This document shows, piece after piece, positions 26,538 through 38,457 of a stretch of 64,000 bases of DNA. Origin of the DNA: Squalus acanthias. Its lineage: Eukaryota. The translations under genes were made by a program, and so were the position numbers. Within the stretch, counting starts at the first letter, position 1; every line of letters starts with the position of its first letter. The stretch is from positions 146,136,001 through 146,200,000 of the forward strand of contig CM059432.1 in assembly GCA_030390025.1 (NCBI GenBank), in the 5' to 3' direction. The notes beneath the pieces were generated by a model that ran no database searches, had not been told where the DNA came from, and saw nothing but the letters and a program-made list of their open reading frames with translations.

Positions 26538-27209
26538 TCATCAGAAATTCTACACGTTATGTTTTTATATGAATCTGTAGCTTAGCCTAAGCACAGGAAT
26601 GCTGGAAAAGGGGCCTGTGATTGTTGTGTTCATTAAGATGTCTTTTGTCTTAGCTTTAAAGCCTGTTGACTGAATGAAATGCACACCTCTCTCTGTTTGG
26701 CCCGGAATTTGTGGTGTTCGTTCGTTCCTTCGCTGTTATCACCCCTTTGAAACTGACCACAACTCTGGGATTTAGTGCATGCGCAGCCTAATGCGGCAGT
26801 CCTAAAGTTGAGGTCTGTCATTCACTGCTCTGACAGTGCCTGCACTGTGCCCCCATTCCCCCTCCGCAATAGCCGGCAATCAGTGTATTCTGGGAAATCA
26901 GTGATGAAAACTTTGGCTTTTCTGTGGTAATATCGCTGTTAAATACCCCATTAAAAGTTAGACCTTGTTGGAATAGGTGTAACTGGGGTTTTAACAGCGT
27001 ATTGACTGCTAAACAAATGTTATGGCACTGAAAAATTAATTTTAATTTTGTGGAGTGTCAAATTTCTCCATTACAATAACAATTACAATTTTCAAAAGTT
27101 TGTTCATATTTATTTCAAGTTTACCTTCTCCCCACGTGAGGGAGCCCTAAACTTTGTTTTGCTCTCTGTAACATTTTTAAAATGTTAGAATAAAAGGAGG
27201 TTCTAGTGT

Positions 27210-28243
27210 TTTTCAGACTGGGGGAAGGTACACAGTGGTGTTCCCCAGGGGTCGGTACAAGGACCACTGCTTTTCTTGGTATATATTAATGACTTGGACT
27301 TGGGTGTACAGGGCACAATTTCAAAATTTGCAGATGACACAAAACTTGGAAGCGTAGTGAACAGTGAGAAGGTTAGTGATAGACTTCAAGAGGACACAGA
27401 CAGGCTGGTGAAATGGGCAGACACGTGGCAGATGAAATTTAACGCAGAAAAGTGCGAAGTGAAACATTTTGATAGGAAGAATGAGGAAAGGCAATATAAA
27501 CTAAAGGGTACAATTCTAAAGTGGGTGCATGAACAGAGAGACCTGGGGTATAAGTGCACAAATCGTTGAAGGTGGCAGGGCAGGTTGAGAAAGTGGTTAA
27601 AAAAGCCTATGGGATCCTGGGCTTCATAAATAGAGGCACAGAGTACAAAAGCAAGGAAGTTATGAACCTTTATAAAACACTGGTTCTGGCCTCAACTGGA
27701 GTATTGTGTCCAATTCTGGGCACCGCACTTTAGGAAGGATGTGAAGGACTTAGAGAGGGTGCAGAAAAGATTTACAGGAATGGTTCCAGGGATCAGAGAC
27801 TTCAGTTACATGGATAGACTGGAGAAGCTGGGGTTGTTCACCTTAGAGCAGAGAAGGTTGAGAGGTTGATAGAGGTGTTCAAAATCATGAGGGGTCTAGA
27901 CAGAGTAGATAGAGAGAAATTGTTCCCATTGGCGGAAGGGTCGAGAACCAGAGGACACAGATTTAAGGTGATTGGCAAAAGAACCAAAGGCAACATGAGG
28001 AAAACTTTTTTATGCAACGAGTGGTTAGGATCTGGAATGCACTGCCTGAGAGGGTGGTGGAGGCAGATTCAATCGTGGCTTTCAAAAGGGAATTAGATAA
28101 GTACCTGAAGAAAGAAATTTGCAGGGCTGCGGGGAAAGGGCGGGGGAGTGGGACTAGCTGAAGTGCTCTCGCAGAGAGCCGGCATGGGCTCAATGGGCCG
28201 AATGGCCTCCTTCTGTGCTGTAACCATTCTATGATTCTATGAT
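27210..28243 (+). mobile_element. 5'-truncated CR1-type LINE (RT C-terminus and 3' tail)
   Basis: YINDLDLGVQGTISKFADDTKLG, WADTWQMKFNAEKCEV; tail (ATTCTATG)n. Confidence 0.9.
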
Positions 28244-28514
28244 TCACTTCCTGGTTCCCTGTCTGTGAGAATTCTGTATTGTGATTGGCTGCTTAGACAA
28301 CGACGCCCACATTCCATATTTGAGTAATAATTTAAAAAATCTACTGTTTCCCCCTTATCTACCCTGCCGGTTGCAACCTCAAAAAACTCTAAAGAAAAGA
28401 GATTTGTCAACCAAGATTTCCCTTTCATAAATCCATGTTGACTCTGCCTAATCATATTATGATTTTCTAAGTGCCCTGTTGCCACGTCCCTAAGCAGAAT
28501 CCCTATTTATATTA

Positions 28515-28990
28515 CAAAGGCAAAATACTGTGGATGCTGGAAATCTGAAATAAAAACAGAAAATGCTAGAGATACTCAGCAGGTCAGGCAGCATCTGTGG
28601 AGAGAGAAACAGAGTTAACGTTTCAGGTCGATGACCCTTCGTCAGAACTGAAAAAAGTTGGAGATGGAACAGGTTTTTAAGCAAGTGTAGAGGCAGGGAA
28701 AGGGGGGAGGGGAGGAAAGAACAAAAGGGAAGGTCTGTGATAGGATGGAAGGCAGGAGAGATTAAGAGACATTAAGAGATGGTGCAAGGCAAAAGGAGAT
28801 GGTAATGGGACAAGTTAAGAAACAAAAGATGACTCTAGATGAAGTGTAAATGGCAGAATGAAAGACAGCTGCCATGTGGAAGAGAGAAAAAAAATATATA
28901 ATAAATAAAATAAATGGAAAAAAAGAATAGGGGCAGAGGTTATGGTCTGAAATTGTTGAACTCTATGTTGAGTCCAGAAGGCTGTGAAGT
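28515..28990 (-). mobile_element. Penelope-like element terminal fragment
   Basis: Same block as 40565-40840 and 54077-54660. Contains a hammerhead core. Confidence 0.65.
28613..28649 (-). ncRNA. Minimal type-I hammerhead ribozyme motif (Penelope-associated)
   Basis: AGTT-CTGACGA-AGGGTC-ATC-GACCT-GAAAC-GTT-AACT: CUGAnGA and GAAA cores, stem II, palindromic AACGTT stem III, 4-bp stem I. Confidence 0.65.
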
Positions 28991-29095
28991 CCCTATTTAT
29001 ATTGTTTGGCTTCTGTCAACTGGAAAGTTGAACATCCTGTTTAGGAGAGAGCTCTGCGCACATCTAAATACATCTCCCAAAAGTTAGAACTTTAA

Positions 29096-30816
29096 GGGCT
29101 GCATTTTGCGGGGGGGTCAGCAGGTGCGATCGGTGGTGGGTCGGGTGGGAAAGTGTTTTTTTCCCCCAGTGGGTCGGGACCCTGCCGTGAACCCGCCGCC
29201 ATGCGCCTTTACCAAATGTCGGGTCTGTCAGCGCTGAGCAGACGCGATACGCAGCGGCGGGGGAGGCAATTAAAATCATTAGTGGCTTGTTTATAGCCAC
29301 TCACTTATCAATGGTTTTTTCCCCGCTTTTTGGATTGGACAGGTCGCCCAGCGGTTTCCCGCTGTGCCTAAACTTCATCTGTGAAGCTGAGGCGGGAGGT
29401 CAGTGACCATTGAATCAGCTGATGAGTTGAAAGCTTCAAATGTCAAGTCAAAGCTCCCAGCTGATTGAGACATGTTCCCTTAACCACGAGCTTCTCTAAA
29501 CTGCATTTCCATTACAGATTCAGGATGCTGCAAGTCTTTACACAAGTCTCCATCCAGTCTGACCTCATTACCTCTCCCACCATTGACAGATCGCTTCTGT
29601 CATCTCTACTTCACCTGCCATCTATTCCATCAGCATGGGTGCCTTGAAACTTTCTCACCACGATCAGCCCCAACACCAGCATCATCAGGCATACCAGCAG
29701 CACCAACAACACCACCAACCTTCTCCGCAATCAACTGATGCTGCACAAGACACAGGGCATCAGCACCCGACCACATTGCTGCCCGGGAGGCCAGGGATGG
29801 CCTCACCATGGCCAAAATTACTTCACTTGATGCTGTACACCCTGGCTGCCACATGGTGCGCCAGGATGGCACCACCCCACACCAATACCATAAAGCATCC
29901 CTACAATGTCCAAGCCATTCCTTTCACACTCATCACCATTGCGGGGGTACCGTTATGTCTCACTATTCACTGCAACTCACTAAGCCACTTCCAAAGGTGC
30001 ACACAAATCTGTCCAAGAACGCAAAGTGTTGAAAATAAAGATTTCAATGTTTGACACCACATTACCAGAAATTTTACATGAACATTGCATAAAACACCCA
30101 AGTATCTACCCTTGTTAGTTGGTATGATTGTGCTAGGATGAGGGTGAGTGTGAGGGGTGGCCAGGGAGATGGGGATGTGATAATGTAGATATAGAGGGAT
30201 GGGTGAAGGTGCAAGGTAAGTTGGTGTGAGTAAGGATGTGCAGGAGTAGATGGGGAAAGCAGAGTGATGGGGATGTGATGAGAGGCACAGCAGGATGAAG
30301 GTGAGTGTGGCTTTGTACAAATGCTTTGTGATCTACTGAGATCACTGAAACGTTTGCGGCACTGCACCCAGGTCCTCCTGACCACATCCCTGCTTGTGCC
30401 CTCCTCTGCAATGTGCAACCAGGCTGTATGATCTCCTAGTGAGGTTTCTTCCGCCCACGAGAAGGGAAGAGGACCTCCTTGTGGGCTGTGACTCATGGGA
30501 GAGCCTGGGTGCGGCCCTGCACCTCTGTGCAGCGCTTGTCAGTGTTTGCAGCACCTCTATGCTGTAGAACACTGACAGCACAAAAGTCAAAATAAAGCTG
30601 GCCATGGTCCCTTTAAGGAAACCGGCTGATGAAGCGTCATAAAATGACGTCACCAGACCCGCTTCCTCTAATTGGCCGGGAAACGTGCTGGGCGGGCTTA
30701 ACAAGCCCAATCAGGGGAAATTCATTCTACAGAGCGGGATGGAGCCAGCAGCGGGGTTGGGACCTGCCTCCAACATCGCCCGCCATGGACCCGCCGAGGT
30801 TTGTAAAATCGCGGCC
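29096..30816. mobile_element. Non-autonomous Harbinger deletion derivative (1721 bp) related to 20449-24667
   Basis: TIRs GGGCTGCATTTT / AAAATCGCGGCC; TSD TAA (29093-95, 30817-19). Q/H-rich transposase N-terminus on +; Myb remnant AWLHIAEE...RTWVQCRKRFSDL on -. Confidence 0.85.
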
Positions 30817-30977
30817 TAAATGTTTATGGAGCGGGTAGCGGAGAATCTCTGCTCTCTATGTTTGCAAACTAGGTTTGATACTGCACTGGATATACACTCT
30901 GTGTAGTGTCAAACCAAAGCTGCGTGAAACTACCCCTTTCCAGGGGATTCTTATTGCACTTTGTTCAGGTTGGGCCC

Positions 30978-32612
30978 TGTAAAGTTTCGCAATTATCGCG
31001 ATTCAAAATAACAAGAGAGAAGCAGATTCGTTTGATCAGTTTTATTAAACGAAATGCTGTCCTGATAATAAAGGACACAGAAGCCTGTAAAATGGCCGCC
31101 GCGCATCGTGGCAGAAGCTTCCAGAAACACAGTGGGCAGACAAGATGGCGTCGAATATACATTCAGTATAAGATTGTATCATACTCGGTAAACACTGATA
31201 AAGACAGGATGCAACCCGTTCGCATTTGGAACAATAGCAAAGATATAAGTGCTGGAATCGTTTTTCTATGCACAGTAAGGATCATTGTACTGGGCAATCG
31301 AAGGCCCATCCAGACACATCAATACACAAATACCCCCCCGGCTCTACAATGAGAGAGACATTGACGGGTGATTAAGTCAGTATTCGGGGAGGCCCCAAAA
31401 CCAGTCAGGGAGACGATTCATACACATCCTGGCTGGTTCAACAATGGGGAAGACATTAACGGATAGTTGGCCAGTTTCAGGTGCTGCCGAAACCCGTTAA
31501 AGAAGATAATCGCCCCATGCTGGGAGTTTTGAGCGCCAATATTACACAAAGGATAAACATTAAGATTTGAGCGGGAGATAAAGCGGACACATCACTATAA
31601 CTATAGAGAACAAATGTCCATCGCTCTCTTGGATTTTGACTCTTATCCTCGGGTATCGCTCTCCTGGACGGGCAGCCTTTTGTGTTTTCTCTCTGGACTT
31701 TGTTGACTCTTGACTCTTAGCCGTACTGGTCGGTTATTCGAGTGTTGGGTGGAGCTCAAGCGGTACGAGCCGCCCCGACAAGGGCAAATAACAGGGTACA
31801 CCATCCTGAGTGTCGGTAAACGGTGTCTGGACCCGGAGGCCCGAAGAGACGAGACGAGAAGAAGACGAGAAGAAATTCCACATGCCGCCACGGTCAGTAA
31901 ACCCCGACCGCGCCCGAAAATATAAATACAGGACTCTTCTTTGAGGTCTACAGACTACAACCTGTACCGCACACAGGAAGACTCTTCTTTGAATTTTACA
32001 AACGTTCCGAGTTCTGTCGAGTTCTTCATGACAACAGAGAGTCTGGCCTGCTTTTCGCAGCAGCGAAAGTAAACAAGTGGGGTGCAGAGACCCTTCCAAA
32101 CACGTGATAGTCAGGCGCTGCAGCGAAACGAGCTGAGTGCCTCACTTTAAAAATCTCCGAAGTAACACGAGTGGTGAGCATGTTTTCCGACCCTACAAAT
32201 CTAGACGTAGTGTAGGTATTGTTAAGGGAGGGTGGTTTTTAATAAGGTTAAGGTATAATGTGTTCCCCTTTTTACGATGTGCCGTGTGTTCTCCATTTCC
32301 ATAGACCAAGCTTTATGAATGTGTGTATACTTGTACTCTCTTTGATTTGCACCTATGACATGTATTTCATGATTTTAGACGCCATGCAATAAATATTTCC
32401 ATTTCGTACTATTCAACCGGGTCTATTTGAGTTTTTCTCTGCATTACTGCTCCTTGCATCTAAGTCCAGGTGTTAGAACCGTAAGGGCGAGTGGGTCGAA
32501 CCACTCACAGGTGCTTATTGCAAAAAGGCTGGCCGGAGACCAGAGTAAGCAATAGTATAGGCAACGAAGGCCTAACCTCGCACCAGCACCGTCTGAGACA
32601 CGCCCCCTTACA
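30978..32612 (+). mobile_element. Solo LTR (1635 bp) of a retrovirus or LTR retrotransposon
   Basis: Termini TGTAA...TTACA; 4-bp TSD GCCC (30974-77, 32613-16); TATAAA at 31921; AATAAA at 32388; no recognisable coding sequence. Confidence 0.75.
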
Positions 32613-32946
32613 GCCCTGACTGTGGACTTGCACTGCAAATTTAAGCTTCAGTAGGAAGTGAAAATGACTACATTATAAACTTGAAGTGTAAATATAGCCG
32701 AAGATCCTGCAGAGAAAGTATCATTTTGTAAAATCTACAGCAAACCTGCAAAAACGGCACAGATTATTTATTGCAAGACAAACGTAATAAGATCCAGAAA
32801 ACCACAATCTGCAACTACAACATATTCAAAGGGGGTTGACCTGCTTATGTAACCTTCTTAACTGGAGCAAAGGAATCCTTCGAAAGTGCACCATATCTAT
32901 GGCAATCAGCACAAATTACAGACTATTCTGTCAAGAAACCACTTAC

Positions 32947-33009
32947 CAGTAGACTGAGAAATATATTGAAATAATCCACCAATAGATCATCTGTTATCAA
33001 GTAGTCTTC
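32947..33009 (-). CDS. RGS22: RGS22-like (regulator of G-protein signalling 22) coding exon 3: EDYLITDDLLVDYFNIFLSLL
   Basis: ttcaag|...|gtaagt, 63 nt, phase 0/0. Resembles the human RGS22 segment EDSLATDDFLVDYFNEFLSLP as recalled. Confidence 0.85.
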
Positions 33010-33079
33010 CTTGAAGTGGCAAAAATAAGAATTAGTAAAAGAAAGCAGGCGTGTGATTCACTTTATATCTCTCCGACTC

Positions 33080-34305
33080 TTTTCAACCGTGGCAATGTCC
33101 TGCACTATGGGCCGTGATTTTCAACCGTGGCAATGTCCTGCACTATGGGCCGTGATTTTCAACCATGGCAATGTCCTGCACTATGGGCCGTGATTTTCAA
33201 CCGTGGCAATGTCCTGCACTATGGGCCGTGATTTTCAACCGTGGCAATGTCCTGCACTATGGGCCGTGATTTTTCACCGTGGCAATGGCCTGCACTATGG
33301 GCTGTGATTTTCAACCGTGGCAATGTCCTGCACTATGGGCCGTGATTTTCAACCATGGCAATGTCCTGCACTATGGGCCGTGATTTTCAACCGTGGCAAT
33401 GTCCTGCACTATGGGCCGTGATTTTCAACCGTGGCAATGTCCTGCACTATGGGCCGTGATTTTTCACCGTGGCAATGGCCTGCACTATGGGCTGTGATTT
33501 TCAACCGTGGCAATGTCCTGCACTATGGGCCGTGATTTTCAACCGTGGCAATGTCCTGCACTATGGGCCGTGATTTTCAACCGTGGCAATGTCCTGCACT
33601 ATGGGCCGTGATTTTCAACCGTGGCAATGTCCTGCACTATGGGCCGTGATTTTCAACCGTGGCAATGTCCTGCACTATGGGCCGTGATTTTCAACCGTGG
33701 CAATGTCCTGCACTATGGGCCGTGATTTTCAACCGTGGCAATGTCCTGCACTATGGGCCGTGATTTTCAACCGTGGCAATGTCCTGCACTATGGGCCGTG
33801 ATTTTCAACCGTGGCAATGTCCTGCACTATGGGCCGTGATTTTTCACCGTGGCAATGTCCTGCACTATGGGCCGTGATTTTTCACCATGGCAATGTCCTG
33901 CACTATGGGCCGTGATTTTTCACCGTGGCAATGTCCTGCACTATGGGCCGTGATTTTTCACCGTGGCAATGTCCTGCACTATGGGCCGTGATTTTTCACC
34001 GTGGCAATGTCCTGCACTATGGGCCGTGATTTTTCACCGTGGCAATGTCCTGCACTATGGGCCGTGATTTTCAACCGTGGCAATGTCCTGCACTATGGGC
34101 CGTGATTTTTCACCGTGGCAATGTCCTGCACTATGGGCCGTGATTTTTCACCGTGGCAATGTCCTGCACTATGGGCCGTGATTTTCAACCGTGGCAATGT
34201 CCTGCACTATGGGCCGTGATTTTCAACCGTGGCAATGTCCTGTACTATGGGCCGTGATTTTTCACCGTGGCAATGTCCTGCACTATGGGCCTGTGATTTT
34301 TCACC
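33080..34305. repeat. 38-bp minisatellite, about 32 copies (TTTTCAACCGTGGCAATGTCCTGCACTATGGGCCGTGA)
   Basis: Direct tandem periodicity of 38 (CAACCG at 33084, 33122...). No spacers. Confidence 0.97.
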
Positions 34306-34677
34306 CAGGTTTCTCCATTTAAAAAAGAATGGTGTTCCATGAAAGACTAAATGCTTATTATAAAAAGTGATATTTAGAGGGAGTTAATTTTTGTGCACGT
34401 CGAGTGCTGGGAAATTGAACTGTTTCCCACTTTTGGAATCCAGCAGCAGTATCAAGCACCCTTCGATATAACATGCGTTAAATGTAGAGTCAAGCTTTCT
34501 CTGCCCCAGCGGTAGCAGTTAACCCTAACCTCAGAAGAACGCCCTCTGATGCATCAGTGTGGCAATTATATTGCTAATCAGTGTTGGTCTAAGTTAAGAC
34601 TGCCCATTTCACCGGCAGCAGGAAAAAGGAGTTTCCATCCATAAAAATCAAGGCGACATTCAAACTAAACTTTAGAT

Positions 34678-35064
34678 TTTTTTTTTATTCGTTCACGGAA
34701 TGTGGGCGTCGCTGGCCAGCATTTATTGCCCTTCTAGGCCATTCACAGGGCTGTTAAGAGTCAACCATGTTGCTGTGGGTCTGGAGTCACATATAGGCCA
34801 GACCAGGTAAGGACAGCAGATTTCCATCCCTAAAGGACATTAGTGAACCAGATGGGTTTTTACGACAATCAGTAGTTTCTGACAATCCAATAGTTTCATG
34901 GTTACCATTAACTGATGCTAGCTTTTCATTGCAGATTTATTTAATTAACTGAATTTAAATTCCTCAGCTGCCGTGGTGGGATTTTGAACTCACGTTTCAT
35001 GGATTATTAGTCCAGGTCTCATGGATTACTAGCCCAGTGACATTACCACTATGCTACCATTCCC
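34678..35064 (-). mobile_element. Full-length tRNA-derived SINE with LINE-derived 3' tail
   Basis: Head TGGTAGCATAGTGGTAA (A box) ... GAGTTCAAAATCCC (B box). Tail GGGCAATAAATGCTGGCCAGCGACGCCCACAT shared with the LINE at 35920. Confidence 0.75.
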
Positions 35065-35919
35065 ACTGGAAACTTTTATTGATAATAAAATATCTTCTGC
35101 AGGCTTAATGAATGAACCAGCACAGAAGGAAGCCATTCTGCCCATCATGCCTGTGCCGGCTGTTTGAAGGAGCTCTTCAATTAGTCCCTCACCCCTGCGC
35201 TTTCCCCAGCGCCCTGCAAATGCTTCCTTTTCAAGTGTCTGTCCAATTTCCTTCGGAAAGTTATGATTGAATCCGTTTCCAACACCCTTTCAGGCAATGC
35301 ATTACAAATCATAACAACTTGGGGTAGAGTTTTGTCTTCACTGCTAAGTCAGTCATCTGGCAGGGCAGATTGCCGCCCTTTACAGAACCTGCCTGATGTT
35401 CATGCCATTGATTGCAGTCCGTCCTGCCTGATTGCCAGCCAGGTAATGAAGATGAAAATCTACTCCAGGAACAGAAGGTTGTGCTGCTCATTCTGCTTGC
35501 AAGGATTTCCCCACAATTATATAGGTTAGCACTACATTACATACCCTTGTTTTGTCTCTTTATTAATAATCTTTCTACTTATGGTTTTTGACACTTGAGG
35601 TCATTCGTGTCAGAATGCCCACTCCCTGGGCAATTGGTGAATTATCTTATTGTACATTTGTGGTTCTCGGCACTTTAGTTTTTTGTCCTGGTCAGTATCT
35701 TAATTGGCTGGAAACTGGTGGTTGGAGCTGGTTTTCAGCTGATCGAGGAAGGGCTAAACTTTATTTATGTCAGACCCAATTATAGAATGGATAGCAGAAT
35801 GTTTGAGGCACATAAAAATGGGTAAAATTTGTTTTTAAATAATAAAAAAGAAATAATGCAAAGTAAATGATAAAATAAATAATAATTGTAAATATAATAT
35901 AGAAGTTAAAATAATAAAC

Positions 35920-37120
35920 TTTTTTTCATTCATTCATGGGATGTGGGCGTCGCTGGCAAAGCCAGCATTTATTGCCCATCCCTAATTGCCCTTGAGAAGG
36001 TGATGGTGAGCCCTTTTCTTGAACCGCTGCAGTCCGTGTGGTGAAGGTGCTCCCACAGTGCTGTTAGGGCGGGAGTTCCAGGATTTTGACCCAGCGACGA
36101 TGAAGGAACGGCCCGATATATTTCCAAATCAGGATGGTGTGTGACTTGGAGGGGAACTTGGAGGTGGTGGTGTTCCCATGCGCCTGCTGCCCTTGTCCTT
36201 CTAGGTGGTAGAGGTCGCGGGTTTGAGAGGTGCTGTCGAAGAAGCCTTGGTGAGTTGCTGCAGCACATCTTGTAGATGGTACACACTGCAGCCACGGTGC
36301 GCTGGTGGTGGAGGGAGTGAATGGGGTGCCAATCAAGCGGGCTGCTTTGTCCTGGATGGTGTCAAGTTTCTTGAGTGTTGTTAGAGCTGCACTCTTCCAG
36401 GCAATTGGAGAGTATTCCATCACACTCCTGACTTGTGCCTTGTAGATGGTAGAAATGCTTTGTGGAGTCAGGAAGTGAGTCACTCGCCACAGAACACCCA
36501 GCCTCTAACCTGCTCTTGCAGCCACAGTATTTATGTGGCTGGTCCAGTTCAGTTTTTGGTCAATGGTGACCCCTGGGATATTAATGGTGGGGAATTCAGC
36601 GATGCTAATCCTGTTGAATGTCAAGGGGAGGTGGTTAGACTCTCGCTTGTTGGAGATGGTCATTGCCTGTCACTTGTGTGGTGTGAAAGTTACTTGCCAC
36701 TTATCAGCCCAAGCCTGAATGTTGTCCAGATCTGGCTGCATGCAGACACGGACTGCTTCATTATCTGAGGAGTTGTGAATGGAACTGAACACTGTGCAAT
36801 CATCAGCGAACATCCCCACTTCTGACATGATGGAGGGATGGTCATTGATGAAGCAACTGAAGATGGTTGGGCCTAAGATACTGCCCTGAGGAACTCCTGC
36901 AGCAATGTCCTGGGGCTGAGATGATTGGCCTCCAACAACCACTACCATCTTCCTTTGTGCTAGTTATGTCCGCAGCTAATGAAAGTTTTCCCCCTGATTC
37001 CCATTGACTTCAATTTTACTAAGGCTCCTTAATGCTGCCTTGATGTCAAGGGCAGTCACTCTCACCTCATGTCTAGAATTCAGCTCTTTTGTCCATGTTT
37101 GGACCAAGGCTGCAATGAGG
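35920..37120 (-). mobile_element. CR1-superfamily LINE 3' portion
   Basis: AGVPQGSILGPTIFSCFIND, MFADDCTVF, IYKAQVRSVMEYS. Confidence 0.88.
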
Positions 37121-37635
37121 CTCTCTGTTTCTGCACCCCCTTTAAAATTGTACCATTTAGTTTATATTGCCTCTCCTCATTCTTCCTGCCAAATGCATCA
37201 CTTCACACTTCCCTGCGTTAAATTTCGTCTGCCATGTGTCTGCCCATTTTACCAGTCTCTCTATGTCCTCCTGAAGTCTGTTACTATCCGCCTCACTATT
37301 TACTATATTTCCAAGTTCCTTGTCATCTGCAAACTTTGAAATGATGCCCTGTATACCCAAGTCAGGTCAATAATATATTGCAATACCAATCCCTAAGGAC
37401 ACCACTGTATATTTCCCTCCAGTCTGAAAAACAATCGTTCACCACTGCAGTCTGATTTCTGTCTCTTAGCTAATTTTGTATCCACGCTGCCACTGCTCCT
37501 TTAATCCCATGGGCTTCAATATTGTTAACAAGTCTATTATGTAGTACTTTAGTAAACGCCTTTTGAAAGTCCATATACACAACATCAACGCACAACCCTC
37601 ATCAACCCTCTCCATTACTTCATCAAATAACTCAA
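37121..37635 (-). mobile_element. CR1-type LINE RT fragment
   Basis: IISKFADDKELG...WADTWQTKFNAGKCEVMH. Confidence 0.85.
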
Positions 37636-37683
37636 TTTATTAACTATCATGTCTTCAGCGCCCTCAATTGTCGCTGTGTTCTC

Positions 37684-38258
37684 GCCCTCACTCAATACAT
37701 GTACTTACACCCTCATTCAATGCATGTACTTACACCCTCACTCAATACATGTACTTACACCCTCACTCAATACATGTACTTACACCCTCACTCAATACAT
37801 GTACTTACACCCTCACTCAATACATGTACTTACACCCTCACTCAATACATGTACTTACACCCTCACTCAATGCAGTTACTTACACCCTCACTCAATACAT
37901 GTACTTACACCCTCACTCAATGCAGGTACTTACACCCTCACTCAATACATGTACTTACACCCTCACTCAATACATGTACTTACACCCTCACTCAATACAT
38001 GTACTTGCACCCTCACTCAATACATGTACTTGCACCCTCACTCAATGCATGTACTTACACCCTCACTCAATGCAGTTACTTACACCCTCACTCAATACAT
38101 GTACTTACACCCTCACTCAATGCATGTACTTACACCCTCACTCAATACATGTACTTACACCCTCACTCAATGCATGTACTTACACCCTCACTCAATACAT
38201 GTACTTACACCCTCACTCAATGCATGTACTTACACCCTCACTCAATGCAGGTACTTAC
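37684..38258. repeat. 25-bp minisatellite, about 23 copies (CCTCACTCAATACATGTACTTACAC), starting exactly at the RGS22 exon-2 donor
   Basis: Tandem periodicity of 25. Minus-strand unit GTAAGTACATGTATTGAGTGAGGGT. Confidence 0.97.
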
Positions 38259-38287
38259 AAAGTCATTCGCTGTTATAATAGGAGGTT
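38259..38287 (-). CDS. RGS22: RGS22-like coding exon 2: (E)PPIITANDF
   Basis: ttttccag|AACCTCCTATTATAACAGCGAATGACTTT|gtaagt, 29 nt, phase 1/0. Joins exons 1 and 3 in frame; compare human EPPTITEEEF as recalled. Confidence 0.8.
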
Positions 38288-38457
38288 CTGGAAAACATAG
38301 AATTCAAAGGTAAGGTGTGTATAATGCAGTCCACATAACCTCTCTAATCAATTAAATTACATATATAAACATTTTCAGACAATACAAGTTAGTAACAAAT
38401 ATTGGCAATGCCGACTAAAATGCATTTACTCAGAAATCAAATCACTGTTACATTCCT

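Noticed and set aside
32640..32750. Acceptor-like sites downstream of RGS22 exon 3
   Set aside because: No RGS22 similarity, no good donor, and the phase-0 reading from the proximal acceptor reaches a stop.
33080..34305. CRISPR-like array (38-bp repeats)
   Set aside because: Units are contiguous with no unique spacers, there are no cas genes, and the context is a vertebrate intron. It is a minisatellite.
37649..38313. Three overlapping ORFs of about 205 aa with repeated peptides
   Set aside because: Artefact of a 25-bp tandem repeat lacking plus-strand stops; antisense to an RGS22 intron.
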